Below, piece after piece: positions 62,625 to 64,000 of a stretch of DNA of 64,000 nucleotides. The notes under the pieces were generated by a model that searched no databases, was not told where the DNA came from, and worked only from the letters and a program-made list of their open reading frames with translations. The position numbers were made by a program, and so were the translations under genes. The first letter of the stretch is position 1; every line of letters begins with the position of its first letter. The DNA is from Planctomycetota bacterium (lineage in GTDB: Bacteria; Planctomycetota; UBA1135; GCA-002686595), in assembly GCA_012960475.1 (NCBI GenBank), contig DUBE01000027.1:42599-106598 (forward strand). The letters run 5' to 3'.

Positions 62625-62645
62625 CCGTGGGATTGAACCCCACGG
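62625..62645 (+). terminator. hairpin after the barrel gene
   Basis: A perfect 7-bp stem pairs CCGTGGG with CCCACGG around a 7-nt loop. It lies 40 nt after the stop at 62584. There is no T-tract. Confidence 0.3.
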
Positions 62646-62673
62646 ACCCATGGATTTTGAGGATGCTCTTGCC

Positions 62674-64000
62674 ATGATCTTGTTGCTCATGGCTGCCCTT
62701 GGGACGCCGATTGTGGTCTCCCAGGGGGAGGCCTATTCCAGCCAGTGTTTGGATGCGGGCTTCTTCGCCGAGGGGGCTACAGGCATGGATGTGGATGGGG
62801 ACGGTGCCCAAGATGTGGTGGCCGGCCCGTTCTGGTGGGCGGGGCCGACGTTTGAGCAGCGCTTTCGGTACCGGCGGGGCGATTCCTTTGATGTGGGAGG
62901 GTACTCCGATCACTTCTTTACCTGGGGGGAGGATGTGGATTCCGATGGGGATCTGGACATAGTGTTGGTGGGTTTCCCGGGGGCGGCAGCCTTTTGGTAT
63001 CAGAACCCAGGTGATGTGCGCAAGGTCAGCTCATGGGAGCGGCACATGATTCATGCTCTGGTGGACAATGAGGCTCCGGCATTCGTGGACTTGGATGGAG
63101 ACGGTCGTCGGGATCTTGTGTTTCATTCCGAAGGCACGGTGGGGTGGTGCTCGATTCCATCGGGCGATGTGACGGAGCCCTGGGACTTTCATGTGATTGC
63201 CGAGGATACGGGTCTGCACCGTTACACCCATGGCCTTGGGGTGGGGGACCTGACCGGAGACGGACATGCCGATCTGATGCTCAATCACGGTTGGTGGGAG
63301 CAGCCTGCAAAGCCCGGAGGTGTTTGGGAATTTCATGCCCAGGTCTTGTCCAAGACCCGCGGTGGCGCGCAGATTCTGATTCACGATTGGGACGGAGACG
63401 GGGATGCGGATATCTTCACCTCCCTCGATGCCCACGGCTATGGACTCTCGTGGTTCGAAAATCTGGGGCGCGAGGAAGACAATTCTCTGATGTTGAAGGA
63501 GCATCCAGTCATGGGTGGCGCCGGTAGCGACCTGGCGGGTGGACTGGCAATCAGCGAATTGCACGCCTTGACGACTGCGGATCTCGATGGGGACGGCCTG
63601 CTTGATGTGGTCACGGGCAAGCGATTCATGAGCCATAGCTTCAGGGAAGCAGGTTCCAGGGAGCCAGCATGGATCATTGGCTTGCGTCAGGATCCCGAGC
63701 AGTCCACGGGATTCTCGGTCTGGCCGATTCACCCGGATTCAGGCGTGGGGACTCAGGTCTGTGCCACCGACCTCAATGGGGACGGGCATGCGGATTTCGT
63801 GACTGCTTCCAAGAGGGGGATCTTTGTTCATCAGCGCAGGCCCGCTGGGTTGGCTGTTGAGCTAGAAGGCCAAGAGCCCGTTCTCGAGCCCGAGTCCTTC
63901 CCAGAGGGCGGCCAAAGGGTCCAAAGAGTAGGCGGAGGGTTCGTCAATCTGGACTTTGAGACTGGCGACTTGAGCGATTGGACAGTGGAGGGGGAGGCCT
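62674..64000 (+). CDS. secreted FG-GAP/VCBS-repeat beta-propeller protein, 5' portion (continues beyond the window end)
   Basis: This frame is not in the ORF track because there is no stop before the window end. I translated it by hand and found no stop from 62650 to 63999. The product reads MILLLMAALGTPIVVSQG..., with repeated D-x-D-G-D-G motifs (MDVDGDGAQDVV, VDSDGDLDIV, VDLDGDGRRDLV, GDLTGDGHADLM, HDWDGDGDADIF, ADLDGDGLLDVV, TDLNGDGHADFV). The last residues (VNLDFETGDLSDWTVEGEA) begin a concanavalin/LamG-like module. An alternative ATG lies at 62650. Confidence 0.8.
   Translation, partial: MILLLMAALGTPIVVSQGEAYSSQCLDAGFFAEGATGMDVDGDGAQDVVAGPFWWAGPTFEQRFRYRRGDSFDVGGYSDHFFTWGEDVDSDGDLDIVLVGFPGAAAFWYQNPGDVRKVSSWERHMIHALVDNEAPAFVDLDGDGRRDLVFHSEGTVGWCSIPSGDVTEPWDFHVIAEDTGLHRYTHGLGVGDLTGDGHADLMLNHGWWEQPAKPGGVWEFHAQVLSKTRGGAQILIHDWDGDGDADIFTSLDAHGYGLSWFENLGREEDNSLMLKEHPVMGGAGSDLAGGLAISELHALTTADLDGDGLLDVVTGKRFMSHSFREAGSREPAWIIGLRQDPEQSTGFSVWPIHPDSGVGTQVCATDLNGDGHADFVTASKRGIFVHQRRPAGLAVELEGQEPVLEPESFPEGGQRVQRVGGGFVNLDFETGDLSDWTVEGEA

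Noticed and set aside
62625-62651. tRNA T-arm-like hairpin (GTGGG-ATTGAAC-CCCAC) followed by GGACCCA
   Set aside because: The loop lacks the TTCRA consensus. No complementary 5' acceptor strand (TGGGTCC) or D and anticodon arms exist about 65 nt upstream. I treated it as a simple post-gene hairpin.
1-64000. Window-wide look for CRISPR repeats, IS elements or inverted terminal repeats, integrases, toxin-antitoxin pairs, reverse transcriptases, rRNA and tRNA
   Set aside because: None were recognised by eye. There are no regularly spaced direct repeats, and no transposase, integrase or RT motifs in any frame of the ORF track. Dedicated tools (tRNAscan, Infernal, CRISPR finders, defence-system HMMs) should confirm this.

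Overview
A 64-kb, GC-rich (judged by eye, not computed), very gene-dense chromosomal segment of a diderm bacterium. It holds about 50 protein-coding genes, many joined by 1-4 nt start/stop overlaps. I found no rRNA, tRNA, CRISPR array, transposase, integrase, phage gene or recognisable defence system. All family calls come from reading motifs by eye, not from database searches.

Content in order:
1. An OmpR-type two-component pair lies divergent from a secreted di-haem cytochrome c peroxidase-like gene.
2. A three-gene operon encodes PSCyt/DUF1549/DUF1553, then a Tat-exported DUF1501 protein, then a LamG/alpha-toroid/discoidin protein. The first two form the unknown-function pair typical of Planctomycetes/Verrucomicrobia-like marine heterotrophs.
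3. Next come a YihY-like membrane protein fused to an Rrf2-like winged helix, a D-TA-type PLP enzyme, and a STAS-MlaE/MlaF/MlaD/PqiC-like operon.
4. A tightly packed six-gene operon encodes a UxaA-like dehydratase, a Zn-ADH, lutABC and an SGNH esterase.
5. This block holds an NfeD/SPFH pair, an NPP-type phosphodiesterase, an amidohydrolase-2 (lactonase-like) enzyme, a stand-alone YedF-C-terminal/DsrE-like protein, DUF3500, DUF993, and an atypical NRAMP homologue lacking the DPGN metal site.
6. A large lipid-scavenging and beta-oxidation block runs as: OM barrel, OYE reductase, acyltransferase, then fadD, lipoprotein lipase, OM barrel, then fadE, a TetR regulator, then a thiolase and a multifunctional FadJ-like enzyme.
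7. Then follow an M43 metalloprotease, a secreted chalcone-isomerase-fold protein, a lipid kinase and an AraC regulator.
8. The last block holds an orphan MraZ-like gene, a HEAT-repeat protein, a sulfatase, a small basic coiled-coil protein, DUF2807, a beta-propeller, an SSS transporter, an OM barrel and an FG-GAP/VCBS protein.

Two genes that are open to the window edges are missing from the ORF track: 1-201 on the minus strand and 62674-64000 on the plus strand.

No single clear-cut novel system is evident. The most promising leads are:
- the three-gene DUF1553/DUF1501/LamG operon;
- the NRAMP homologue without metal ligands, next to DUF993 and DUF3500;
- the uxaA-adh-lutABC-SGNH operon;
- the lipase-OM barrel module inside a TetR-controlled fad regulon;
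- a recurring TGCTATAG-type palindromic promoter or operator element.
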